Assembly: GCA_035701045.1 (NCBI GenBank)
Contig: DASSOB010000018.1
Location: 4,583-68,582 of the forward strand
Reading direction: 5' to 3'
Length of the DNA stretch: 64,000 nt
From: Sphingomicrobium sp.
GTDB taxonomy: Bacteria > Pseudomonadota > Alphaproteobacteria > Sphingomonadales > Sphingomonadaceae
Below the pieces are notes generated by a model, which was not told the origin of the DNA, searched no databases, and saw nothing but the letters and a program-made list of their open reading frames with translations. The position numbers were made by a program, and so were the translations under genes. The stretch's first letter is position 1. Every line of letters starts with the position of its first letter. This document shows, one piece after another, positions 18,072 through 27,029 of the stretch.

Positions 18072-19144
18072 GCCGCTTCGACCTTTGGAGAAGCGCGCGC
18101 CGCAATCTCCCGCCATTGACCGAGGAAGCCATCGATGTCCGCCTCGCTCGTCGCGGATCCGAAGCTGAGGCGCAGGAAACCGCCCGCGATGTCGTCGGGC
18201 ACGCCCATGGCGGCAAGTACCACGCTCTGCTTCATTTTGCCCGACGAGCAGGCGCTACCCGCTGAGACCGCGATGCCGGCGAGATCGCATTGCACCAGCA
18301 GCGACGCGTTGGACGAGCCCGGAAGCGCAATCGCGCCAATCGTGGCGATGCGCGGACTATCTTCGGCGATGATCAGGACGCCCGTCTGCTTCACCCCCTC
18401 CTCGAGCCGGCGACGAAGCGCCGCGAGCCGCTCCATGTCATAGGGCTGCGCCGCGAGCGCCGCCGCGAACGCCGCCGCTGCGGGCGCATCCTGGGTCCCG
18501 CGGCGATAGCCCTTCTCCTGTCCGCCGACCGGCTCGAGCGCCGCAAGGTCACGCGCCAGCAGCACGCCGATCCCCGGCGGCCCGCCGAGCTTGTGCGCGC
18601 ATGCGGCGATAAAATCCGCGTCGGGGAGCGGCAGCTTGCCAGCGCTCTGCGCGCAATCGGCGAGCAGCAGCGATCCGGCCGCCCGTATTTTCGCCGCAAG
18701 CCGATCGAGCGGCTGGATCACGCCCGTTTCGTTGTTCACCTGCTGGATCGCGATCAGCGACGGCCCTTCCGCCAGCACCGCGTCCAGCGCTTCCTCGTCG
18801 ATGAGGCCGTTCGAATGCACGGGAATGACCCGCGACGCGGCGCCCATCGTGTGAGGAACGATCGCGTGCTCGGTGGCGCCATGCGCCCGGCCCGGAACCT
18901 TTGCCCGCGCCGCGGCGATCTCGACCGCCTCGCTGGCACCGCTGGTGAAGATGACGTCATGACGCCAGCCGAGCGCATCGGCGATGGTCGAGCGCGCCTG
19001 TTCGAGAATGGCGCGGGCAGCTCGTCCCTCCCCATGCGGCGAGCTCGGGTTCGCCCATGCATCCAGCGCCGCGATCATCGCTTCGCGTGCCTCCGAAAGA
19101 ACAGGCGTGGTTGCCGCATGGTCGAGATAGATGCGCTGTTTCAT
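18068..19144 (-). CDS. Cysteine desulfurase family protein (second copy)
   Basis: Start ATG 19144 (MKQRIYLDHAATTP). CAHKLGGPPGIG and SAGSACSSG motifs. The 585-aa ORF-track version is an antisense over-extension. Confidence 0.8.
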   Translation of the reverse strand: MKQRIYLDHAATTPVLSEAREAMIAALDAWANPSSPHGEGRAARAILEQARSTIADALGWRHDVIFTSGASEAVEIAAARAKVPGRAHGATEHAIVPHTMGAASRVIPVHSNGLIDEEALDAVLAEGPSLIAIQQVNNETGVIQPLDRLAAKIRAAGSLLLADCAQSAGKLPLPDADFIAACAHKLGGPPGIGVLLARDLAALEPVGGQEKGYRRGTQDAPAAAAFAAALAAQPYDMERLAALRRRLEEGVKQTGVLIIAEDSPRIATIGAIALPGSSNASLLVQCDLAGIAVSAGSACSSGKMKQSVVLAAMGVPDDIAGGFLRLSFGSATSEADIDGFLGQWREIAARASPKVEAA

Positions 19145-19164
19145 TTTGCCTGGATATCTGCCGA

Positions 19165-19192
19165 TTGCCACTTGAACGGGCGTCCCTATATA
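19165..19192 (+). promoter_or_regulatory. Sigma-70-like promoter candidate for the hydrolase gene
   Basis: TTGCCA (19165-19170), N16, TATATA (19187-19192), 64 nt upstream of ATG 19256. Confidence 0.3.
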
Positions 19193-19255
19193 GCAGCCGA
19201 CGCCGTGGCGCACCCGTTGGGGCGCCGACATTTCTGACACGAGTCCAAACCGCCC

Positions 19256-19939
19256 ATGCCCGAAGTCATCTTTCCCGGCCCCGAGGGACGCCTCGAAGGC
19301 CGATTCCATCCCGGCACCCGCCCGCGCGCGCCGGTGGCGCTGATCCTGCATTCGCATCCACAGGCGGGCGGGACGATGAACAACAAGATCGTCCAGCTGC
19401 TCTATCAGACGTTCGTCAAGCGCGGCTTCGCGACCTTGCGCTTCAACTTTCGCGGTGTCGGCAAAAGCCAGGGCGTGTTCGACAACGGTATCGGCGAGCT
19501 GTCCGACGCCGCCAGCGCGCTCGACTGGGTGCAGAGCATCCATCCCGAGGCGGAGACAACCTGGGTCGCCGGAGTTAGCTTCGGCGCCTGGATCGGCATG
19601 CAGCTCCTCATGCGGCGTCCCGAGATCCGCGGCTTCATCTCGATCGCGCCGCCGGCGAACATGTACGATTTCAGCTTCCTCGCCCCCTGCCCTTCGTCGG
19701 GCATCATCGTCCAGGGCGAGGCCGACGAGGTCGTAACCCCGAGCGCCGTCCAGAAGCTGGTCGACAAGCTTCGCACCCAACGCCACATCACCATTGACCA
19801 CGATCTCATCCCCGGCGCGAACCACTTTTTCGCCAACGAATTGAATTTGTTGATGAAGTCGGTCGACGATTATCTCGACATGCGGCTGGCGACCGACCCG
19901 GTGAAGCCGCCTATACCGTCCAGATCATCACGTTCATGA
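19256..19939 (+). CDS. Alpha/beta hydrolase fold protein
   Basis: 227 aa. Nucleophile elbow-like VAGVSFGAW. LHSHPQAGGTMNNK, FNFRGVGKSQG. Confidence 0.75.
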   Translation: MPEVIFPGPEGRLEGRFHPGTRPRAPVALILHSHPQAGGTMNNKIVQLLYQTFVKRGFATLRFNFRGVGKSQGVFDNGIGELSDAASALDWVQSIHPEAETTWVAGVSFGAWIGMQLLMRRPEIRGFISIAPPANMYDFSFLAPCPSSGIIVQGEADEVVTPSAVQKLVDKLRTQRHITIDHDLIPGANHFFANELNLLMKSVDDYLDMRLATDPVKPPIPSRSSRS

Positions 19940-20078
19940 CGATCACGGCCGCGGCGACGATCATCAGAATGCCGCGGCTGCGAGTCTGAGCCTTGAGGGC
20001 GAGCTTCGCGCCGCCCGCTGTCAGCAGGAAAGCTGCGATCATCCCGAGAGCCGGCGCAATCGCCGAAAAATTCGTCAT
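19911..20078 (-). CDS. Possible 55-aa two-helix membrane protein (below the ORF-track cutoff)
   Basis: Hand translation: MTNFSAIAPALGMIAAFLLTAGGAKLALKAQTRSRGILMIVAAAVIVMNVMIWTV. AGGAATGGA lies before the ATG. Overlaps the hydrolase 3' end by 29 nt. Confidence 0.35.
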   Translation of the reverse strand: MTNFSAIAPALGMIAAFLLTAGGAKLALKAQTRSRGILMIVAAAVIVMNVMIWTV

Positions 20079-20122
20079 TTCCATTCCTATTTACACTAAG
20101 ACTTAACCAAGATTGGTCCACA

Positions 20123-20386
20123 TTGGCGTTCATGCCAAAAGCCGACCAGCAGGTGCGCCTGGACGAGGCGTTCGAGCGGATCGAAGAGACGATCCTTCCG
20201 TGTATCGCGATGATGCTCGACACGCTGATTGACGCCTCCGAATCCGTTGCCGAGAACGAGCGCCGCTTTCTCGCCGCCGAGCTGAAGACGCTTGCCGCGG
20301 AGCTGGAGGAGTTGACCCAGGCCGTCGAGCGGTCGAGCCCCGCCCACGTCGAGCCGGGCGAATATAAAGCGCGCAACGTCGCCTGA
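20123..20386 (+). CDS. Hypothetical helical protein (about 85 aa)
   Basis: Third codon positions G/C-rich by eye. Possible start ATG 20132. No family recognised. Confidence 0.5.
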   Translation: MAFMPKADQQVRLDEAFERIEETILPCIAMMLDTLIDASESVAENERRFLAAELKTLAAELEELTQAVERSSPAHVEPGEYKARNVA

Positions 20387-20399
20387 GCGGTTTATCGCA

Positions 20400-21509
20400 A
20401 TGATCCGCATCGGGTCAGCGTCCCCTGCACCATATTGGGCGGCCTTGGCCGTCATTTTCCTGCTGGTCGACGCGGGCTTGTTCCGCCTGTTCTCGTTGGG
20501 CGCGGATTGGGCGCCGCTCTGGACCGCCGGGAAGCTCGCATGGACCGATCCGCCGAAAGTCTACGATTTCGACCTCATCACCTCGCTTCAGGCGCCGCTT
20601 CTGGGACCGGTCGACCATCGGCCTTTCATCTATCCGCCGAGCGCGCTGCTGTTTATTGCGCCCTTCGCCCTCCTTCCGTTCTGGGCGTCGCTGACACTCT
20701 TCTCGTTCGCGTCGGCGCCAGGCTTCGCGCAGGTTTCGCGGCCGCTCGGCGCGGATCGAGCTCTGCTGCTGGTCGCGCCGCCCGTCCTGCTCTGCGCGAT
20801 TGCCGGGCAGCCGACGCTGCTCGTCGCCGCGTTGGTTACCGCCGCACTTTCGCGGCTCGGAACAAGGGATGCGAGCGCTGGGGTTCTTCTCGGCATCGCC
20901 TTCGCCATCAAGCCAACGCTCTTGCTGCTTGCGCCGGTTGCGCTGCTGTTCGGCGGCCACTGGCGAGCCATGGTCTTCTCGACCCTGACGCTTGCGCTGA
21001 TCGCTGGCCTGAGCGTGAGCCTCCTGGGGATCGACGCCTGGTCGCACTGGCTGCTGGCGCTGCCGGGTTTCCAACAGCTCATCGCCGACGAGCCCACGCT
21101 GATCAGCTCCGCAATCACTCCTTACTCCGCCGCGATGCGGCTCGGCCTCGATCCGCAGCTGGCGATGGGGAGCGGCGCTCTCGTCGCCATTCCGCTGCTG
21201 GCGCTCACCTTCGCTCGCATCCAGGAAATCGCGGTCAGGCTCGTTATCCTGCTTGGCGGCGGCCTGCTGGTGGCGCCCTACTCCATGAACTACGAGCTCG
21301 CGCTGCTCGCTCCAGCAGTCTTGAGCCAGCCGCTCACGTCGCCGAGACGCCTGATCCTGCCGACCATTTGGTCGGCAAGCCTTTGCAGCGGCGCCAGCCT
21401 GCTCGGTCTCCTTGCCGTCTATACTTGGGCGGCCAACAGGGTCCTGCGCTCGCTCCGCTCACGCAGCGATGAGCGATGCATGGAGTCCGGGGTCCACGTT
21501 CGCGCCTGA
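20400..21509 (+). CDS. Polytopic membrane protein, DUF2029/GT87-like glycosyltransferase (tentative)
   Basis: 369 aa with many TM helices. FIYPPSALLFIAPFALLPF and IAFAIKPTLLLLAP resemble GT87/DUF2029 loops. Confidence 0.55.
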   Translation: MIRIGSASPAPYWAALAVIFLLVDAGLFRLFSLGADWAPLWTAGKLAWTDPPKVYDFDLITSLQAPLLGPVDHRPFIYPPSALLFIAPFALLPFWASLTLFSFASAPGFAQVSRPLGADRALLLVAPPVLLCAIAGQPTLLVAALVTAALSRLGTRDASAGVLLGIAFAIKPTLLLLAPVALLFGGHWRAMVFSTLTLALIAGLSVSLLGIDAWSHWLLALPGFQQLIADEPTLISSAITPYSAAMRLGLDPQLAMGSGALVAIPLLALTFARIQEIAVRLVILLGGGLLVAPYSMNYELALLAPAVLSQPLTSPRRLILPTIWSASLCSGASLLGLLAVYTWAANRVLRSLRSRSDERCMESGVHVRA

Positions 21510-22391
21510 CAGCACGACAACGGTGTCTTCGACGGGGGCTAGCTTGCCCGAAAGCAGCGCCGCTAGCGCCACGGCACCACCCGGCTCGACCACCAAACCG
21601 TGCTGAGTAAAGGCGAAACGGATCGTATCCGCGACCTGCGCATCGCTGACTGACAGAGCCTTCGCTCGCCGTGCCTTGAGGATTCCGAAGGTGATTTGTG
21701 ACACGCACGGCGTCTGCAGTGCATCGCAGAAGGTATCTGGAGCGTCGGCCTCCACGGGGACGATCTCGCCCAGTTCGAGCGAGCGCCCCATGTCGTCCCA
21801 GCCATCGGGCTCGACGATGACGAGCTCCGCTTCCGGCACCGCCAGCGCAATGCCGGACGCCAATCCGCCGCCTCCGCACGGGATGACGATCCTGGCCGGC
21901 GCTCTTCCGAGCTGCTCCGCGATCTCCAGCCCGGCGGTCCCCTGCCCGGCCACGATCGCCGGATCGTCGAAGCTCGGCACGACGGTCGCACCACTTTCCT
22001 TCGATATTCTGGCGGCGATCGCCTCGCGGCTCTCCGTCTTACGGTCGTAGAAGACGATCTCGGCGCCTTCGCCGCGGGTCCCGTCGATTTTCACCTGTGG
22101 CGCGTTCGACGGCATGACGATTACCGCCCGTATTCCCAGCCTCCCCGCAGCAATCGCGACTCCGCGGGCGTGATTCCCCGAGGAAAAGGCCACGACTCCC
22201 CGCTCGCGCTCCTCCGGCGAAAGCTGGAGAAGGCGGTTCGTTGCACCCCTCAGCTTGAACGCGCCGCCCGTCTGGAGGCACTCGCATTTGAGCCAGACTC
22301 GGGTGCCTCCAACCTTGGTCTCGATGAGCGGGGTTTGCTGGACCAATCCCGCGATTCGCTCCGCGGCGTCGACGACATCCTCGCGCGTCAC
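21459..22391 (-). CDS. Threonine/serine dehydratase (PLP-dependent, fold type II)
   Basis: 310 aa with LKCECLQTGGAFKLRGA (PLP lysine) and SSGNHARGVA. Confidence 0.85.
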   Translation of the reverse strand: MTREDVVDAAERIAGLVQQTPLIETKVGGTRVWLKCECLQTGGAFKLRGATNRLLQLSPEERERGVVAFSSGNHARGVAIAAGRLGIRAVIVMPSNAPQVKIDGTRGEGAEIVFYDRKTESREAIAARISKESGATVVPSFDDPAIVAGQGTAGLEIAEQLGRAPARIVIPCGGGGLASGIALAVPEAELVIVEPDGWDDMGRSLELGEIVPVEADAPDTFCDALQTPCVSQITFGILKARRAKALSVSDAQVADTIRFAFTQHGLVVEPGGAVALAALLSGKLAPVEDTVVVLSGANVDPGLHASLIAA

Positions 22392-22567
22392 CGCCGTCCC
22401 ATTTGCTAAACGGTTGATATTTCACCCTTTCGATTAGCCGTTGCAGATCAGCGACATATGTCGGGCAAATCCCGAGTCCGGGACCAATAAATCTTTACAG
22501 CCCGGACCCCCGCACATATATCGCGCCTCCGCTGCCCCATGGGACTTCCAACCGCAAGGCAGCTCTT

Positions 22568-23827
22568 TTGGATGAACGTGCCTGTTGGAGGTCCCTTGAG
22601 TTGCACAAGCATCATCGCGCGCTGGGGCTAGCTGCCGCCCCGTCCGGCATCCGAAGCGGTGCCGACATCGCAAAACTTCGGCCGATCCAGCCGGTCACGC
22701 TGTTGCGTCCGCACGCGGCGCGGCGTGCCGCACGCTTTTTCGCGGAGAAGTTCCCCGGCCGCTCGCTCTATGCGGTGAAGGCGAATCCATCGCCCGATCT
22801 GCTGCGAATCCTGTGGGACGCGGGAATCACCCATTACGACGTCGCCTCGATCGGCGAGATCCGGCTCGTGCGCGAAACGCTCCCGCAATCGACGATCTGC
22901 TTCATGCACCCGGTCAAGGCCGAGGAAGTCGTCGCCGAAGCCTATTTCGAGCACGGCGTCCGCACCTTCAGCCTCGACACGCTGGACGAGCTCGACAAGA
23001 TCGTTCGCGCGACGTCGACTGACGGCGTTGCGGCAACCGATCTCAACCTGCTGGTACGCATCCGCGTCAGCTCCGATCACGCCAAGCTCAGCCTCGCCTC
23101 CAAGTTCGGCGCCGACCCCCGCGACGTCGGCAGGCTGCTGATGGCGACGCGCCAGGCGGCCGACGCGCTCGGCATCTGCTTCCATGTCGGCAGCCAGGCG
23201 ATGACTCCCGCCGCTTATGCCGAGGCAATCGAGCGCGTTCGCGCCGCAATCGTCGAGGCGGCGGTCACCGTCGACATCCTCGATGTTGGCGGGGGCTTTC
23301 CTTCCTCCTACCCGGGCATGGAGCCGCCACCGCTCGAGACCTATTTCGCGGTCATCCACGAGGCGTTCGAATCGCTTCCGATCAGCTATTCCGCCGAATT
23401 GTGGTGCGAGCCGGGCCGCGCTCTCTGCGCGGAATACGCGAGCCTTGTGGTGCGCGTGGAAAAGCGCCGCGGCGACGAGCTGTACATCAACGACGGCGCC
23501 TATGGGGCGCTGTTCGACGCCGCGCACATCGGCTGGCGCTACCCCGTGCGGCTGCTCCGCGATCGTCCGTCGCAGGTGCGTTCGGCGGAGTTTAGCTTCT
23601 ATGGACCCACCTGTGACGATCTCGACCGAATGGCGGGTCCATTCGAGCTGCCGGGCGACGTCGGTCCCGGCGATTATATCGAGATCGGGATGCTCGGCGC
23701 CTACGGCTGCGCCATGCGCACGCGCTTCAACGGTTTCGACGCCGGAGCGGCGGAAATCGTTGGCGACGAGCCCATGGCCACGCTCTATGGAGCGGCCGGG
23801 GCACCCAAGCGTTCGAAAGCGGTATGA
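22568..23827 (+). CDS. Ornithine/lysine/arginine decarboxylase family (alanine-racemase-fold PLP enzyme), probable ornithine decarboxylase
   Basis: YAVKANPSPDLL (PLP lysine), GGGFPSSYP, EPGRALCAE, FYGPTCDDLD. Start uncertain: TTG 22568 or TTG 22601. Confidence 0.85.
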   Translation: MDERACWRSLELHKHHRALGLAAAPSGIRSGADIAKLRPIQPVTLLRPHAARRAARFFAEKFPGRSLYAVKANPSPDLLRILWDAGITHYDVASIGEIRLVRETLPQSTICFMHPVKAEEVVAEAYFEHGVRTFSLDTLDELDKIVRATSTDGVAATDLNLLVRIRVSSDHAKLSLASKFGADPRDVGRLLMATRQAADALGICFHVGSQAMTPAAYAEAIERVRAAIVEAAVTVDILDVGGGFPSSYPGMEPPPLETYFAVIHEAFESLPISYSAELWCEPGRALCAEYASLVVRVEKRRGDELYINDGAYGALFDAAHIGWRYPVRLLRDRPSQVRSAEFSFYGPTCDDLDRMAGPFELPGDVGPGDYIEIGMLGAYGCAMRTRFNGFDAGAAEIVGDEPMATLYGAAGAPKRSKAV

Positions 23828-23930
23828 CTGCTTGAAGCGTCATCTCCGCGAAAGCGGGGACCCATCTGTTCTTGTTTCAGAAGCGCGAGTAGCGGAATTA
23901 CCGCTTTCGCGAGCATGAAAAGGTATTTCG

Positions 23931-25013
23931 ATGAGCACCGATACGTTGCCGAAGCCCGAGAGCGAACCCAAGGCGAACGACACCCGAAAGGCCGACCTGC
24001 TTTCGACTCCGGTCGAGCATATCGACATCACCAAGTTCGACGCGCGGCCGATCGTCGACGCGATGGGGAAGATGAGCTTCACCAGCCGCGATCTCTCGCG
24101 CGCGACCAAAATCTACAACACGATGCTCGAGGACCAGTCCTGCTCGATCATCCTGGTGATCGCCGGCTCTACCTCCGCAGCCGGCTGCATGGATGTTTAC
24201 GCCAAGCTGGTACGCTCAAACATGGTCGACGCGGTGGTCGCCACCGGCGCCACGATCGTCGACATGGATTTCTTCGAAGCGCTTGGCCACAAACATTACC
24301 AAGCCAATGAAATTCCTGATGATGATACGCTGCGCTCGCTCTACATCGACCGCATCTACGACACCTATATCGACGAAGAGCAGCTGCAGGATTGCGACCA
24401 TGTGATCGGCCGGATCGCCGAGAGCCTGGAGCCGCGGCCCTATTCCAGCCGCGAGTTCATCCGCGAAATGGGCAAATGGCTGAGTGAGGGCAATGCGAAG
24501 AAGCAGGGCAGCCTTGTCCAGCTCGCCTACGAGCATGACGTGCCGATCTTCTGCCCGGCCTTCACTGACAGCTCGGCGGGCTTCGGGCTCGTCAAGCACC
24601 AGGTCGACGCGATGAAGCGCGGCGGTCATTACATGACCATCGACAGCATCGCCGACTTCCGCGAGCTCACCGACATCAAGATCAAGGCCGGCACCACCGG
24701 GCTACTGATGATCGGCGGTGGTGTTCCCAAGAACTTCACGCAAGACACTGTAGTCTGTGCGGAAATTCTTGGCCACGAAGACGTCGAAGTCCATAAATAT
24801 GCCGTGCAGATCACCGTCGCCGACGTGCGCGACGGGGCCTGCTCCTCCTCGACGCTCCAGGAGGCGGCGAGCTGGGGCAAGGTCTCGACCGCGATGGAGC
24901 AGATGGTGTTCGCGGAAGCGACCAGCGTCGTGCCGCTCCTGGCCAGCGACGCCTGGCACCGCGGCGCCTGGCGCAACCGCGAAAAGCGCCGCTTCGCAAG
25001 GATGTTCGACTAG
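23931..25013 (+). CDS. Deoxyhypusine synthase family protein
   Basis: 360 aa with ILVIAGSTSAAG, VATGATIVDMDFFEALG and LMIGGGVPKNF. Confidence 0.85.
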   Translation: MSTDTLPKPESEPKANDTRKADLLSTPVEHIDITKFDARPIVDAMGKMSFTSRDLSRATKIYNTMLEDQSCSIILVIAGSTSAAGCMDVYAKLVRSNMVDAVVATGATIVDMDFFEALGHKHYQANEIPDDDTLRSLYIDRIYDTYIDEEQLQDCDHVIGRIAESLEPRPYSSREFIREMGKWLSEGNAKKQGSLVQLAYEHDVPIFCPAFTDSSAGFGLVKHQVDAMKRGGHYMTIDSIADFRELTDIKIKAGTTGLLMIGGGVPKNFTQDTVVCAEILGHEDVEVHKYAVQITVADVRDGACSSSTLQEAASWGKVSTAMEQMVFAEATSVVPLLASDAWHRGAWRNREKRRFARMFD

Positions 25014-25328
25014 CTAGACCCGGGCCCAGGGCCGCGTCGGTCGAAATTGCGCCGGGTCGGTGCTGCGCGAGCGTGTGATTTCGATCAGTCCGCGGCGATC
25101 AAGCAAGGCCACGGCGTTCTGGCATGCTCGTTTCGATAGTCCAGTGAGTTCGCTCAGATCGGTGTGGCTCAAAAGGGCGCGACCCTTCTGTGCTTCCGCT
25201 TCGATGGCGAGATATACGATGAATGCGGAAGGGCTTTTGTCATGACCGACGAGGTCGCGCATCAGCGCGTCGATTACATACCTGTCGAGTAGCACTGGCG
25301 AAGTCGATGCCATAGCAATCACTGCCAT
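25014..25328 (-). CDS. Small winged-helix/HTH-like protein, hypothetical
   Basis: 104 aa. LSHTDLSELTGLSKRACQNAVALLDRRGLIE looks like a wHTH recognition unit. Confidence 0.45.
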   Translation of the reverse strand: MAVIAMASTSPVLLDRYVIDALMRDLVGHDKSPSAFIVYLAIEAEAQKGRALLSHTDLSELTGLSKRACQNAVALLDRRGLIEITRSRSTDPAQFRPTRPWARV

Positions 25329-25381
25329 ACTCCCGGTCCTAGGCTGAAGCTAGTAACCGGCGCCGCAACAGGAGCGGCTGC

Positions 25382-25747
25382 ATGATCAGAAAACTGAAAT
25401 TTGCCGGAATCCCAACGGCCGATCAGGATCAAGCGCTGGCATTCTGGACCGGCAAGATGGGCTTCAAAGTTGCGACCGACCAGCCGATGGACGACGGCAG
25501 GCGCTGGATCGAACTTTCAATTCCAGGCGCCGACACCGGCATAGTCCTGTTCACTCCTGAGGGGCACGAGGATCGAATCGGCACCTTCTTCAATGGATCT
25601 TTCGCCTGCGACGATGTCGATTACACCTATCGGCAACTCAAGGAGCGAGGGGTCGAGTTCGAAAAGGAGCCGCAAAAGCAGCCTTGGGGAACTTTCGCGA
25701 TCTTTCGCGATCCGGACGGAAACAGCTTCGTTCTCGGAAGCAAATAG
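25382..25747 (+). CDS. VOC (glyoxalase/bleomycin-resistance/dioxygenase) family protein
   Basis: 121 aa with FWTGKMGFKV...RWIEL and WGTFAIFRDPDGNSFVL. Confidence 0.8.
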   Translation: MIRKLKFAGIPTADQDQALAFWTGKMGFKVATDQPMDDGRRWIELSIPGADTGIVLFTPEGHEDRIGTFFNGSFACDDVDYTYRQLKERGVEFEKEPQKQPWGTFAIFRDPDGNSFVLGSK

Positions 25748-25763
25748 CCGAGCAGTTAAAGAG

Positions 25764-27029
25764 TCAGCCTCGCGCTCGCTCCGGCTCGCGGATCAGCAGC
25801 GCGCCGATCAGGCCCGCGGCGACCGCCACGACCATGTACCAGCCGGGCGCCACGGGGCTGCCAGTCCAGCCGATCAGCAGCTTTTCCATGATCTGCGTGG
25901 TTCCGCCGAAGATGGCGATGGCCAGCGCATAGACGAGGCTCAGCGATCCGGCACGCACGCGGGCGGGCAAGGCCTGAATGAAAAGCAGGATCGCGGCCGA
26001 GGAACCGAAGATGTGGAGCAAAGTCAGGATCGCCGTCGCGCCGAACAGCGCGCTCGCGGTTCGTGTCGCATCGAGGAAATAGAAGGTCGGGACCGCGAGG
26101 AGGATCAGCGAGAGCCACGGCCCCACGAGCACGCGCTTCGGGCCGAAGCGGTCGCTCAGCCAGCCGGTGCCGAGATCGCTGAGCGCGCTGACCAGTCCGA
26201 GCACGACGGTCGCGCCGAACGCCGACCGGACGGCCATGTGCAGCGTGTCCTGCGCATATGTCGTGAGATAGGCGAGCGTGTAATTGCTGATCGTCCCGGC
26301 GCCGAGGATCAGCATTCCAGCTCCGGCGGTGATTAGCAGTGGGCGAAGGCTTCCCGGCGGCGCGGGCAGTTTCGCTTCGGCCGGAAGCGTTTCCTCGAGC
26401 GTCCGCCGGATTGCGAGGCCGAACGGGACGATCGAGGCGCCGATCAGGAACGCGATCCGCCATCCCCAGGAATCCAGCATCGGCGGGCTCAGCAGGGCCG
26501 ACAGCGCGAGCCCGACCGCTCCGGCGACGAGCGTCGCCGCATCCGCGGTCGCGAGATGGATCGAGAGATAGAATCCGCGGCGGTGCGGAGGCGCGGCTTC
26601 CATCAGATAGGCCGCGTTCGGCCCCACTTCGCCGCCCAGCGCGAAGCCCTGGAGGAGCCGGAACAGCACCGCGAGCACCGACGCCGCGATGCCGATGGTT
26701 CGATACGAAGGTGTCAGCGCCAGCCCGACGATGCCGATTCCCATCAACGTGAATGACAGGATCATCGCGGGTTTGCGGCCGCGCCGGTCCGCCATTCGGC
26801 CGATAATCAGCCCGCCAAGCGGCCTGCTAACGAACCCGACGCCGAAGGTGGCGAGCGACAAGATCAGCGACTCCGACGCATTGCCGGGAAACAGCGAGCG
26901 CCCGATCTGCACCGCGAAGAAGCTGTAAGTGACGAAATCGTAGAATTCGAGCGCGTTGCCCGCCGCGACCGCGGCGATTTGCTTGCCGGTCAGGCGGGGC
27001 CGATCCGCGATTGAGCCAGTCGCCTCCAT
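25764..27029 (-). CDS. MFS transporter (metabolite:H+ symporter-like)
   Basis: 421 aa, about 12 TM helices, MFS loop GRMADRRGRKP. Confidence 0.85.
   Translation of the reverse strand: MEATGSIADRPRLTGKQIAAVAAGNALEFYDFVTYSFFAVQIGRSLFPGNASESLILSLATFGVGFVSRPLGGLIIGRMADRRGRKPAMILSFTLMGIGIVGLALTPSYRTIGIAASVLAVLFRLLQGFALGGEVGPNAAYLMEAAPPHRRGFYLSIHLATADAATLVAGAVGLALSALLSPPMLDSWGWRIAFLIGASIVPFGLAIRRTLEETLPAEAKLPAPPGSLRPLLITAGAGMLILGAGTISNYTLAYLTTYAQDTLHMAVRSAFGATVVLGLVSALSDLGTGWLSDRFGPKRVLVGPWLSLILLAVPTFYFLDATRTASALFGATAILTLLHIFGSSAAILLFIQALPARVRAGSLSLVYALAIAIFGGTTQIMEKLLIGWTGSPVAPGWYMVVAVAAGLIGALLIREPERARG

Noticed and set aside
19145-19825. N-terminal 226-aa extension of the second cysteine desulfurase in the ORF track (585 aa).
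   Set aside because: The extension is antisense to the alpha/beta hydrolase gene. The conserved desulfurase N-terminus MKQRIYLDHAATTP begins at ATG 19144.
21459-21509. Convergent 3' overlaps of 40-51 nt (cinA-like/RatA-like at 4146-4185; GT87-like/dehydratase at 21459-21509) as functional antisense units.
   Set aside because: In high-GC DNA, ORFs commonly run past the true functional C-terminus before they meet a stop codon. No extra structure or conservation argument is available from this window.
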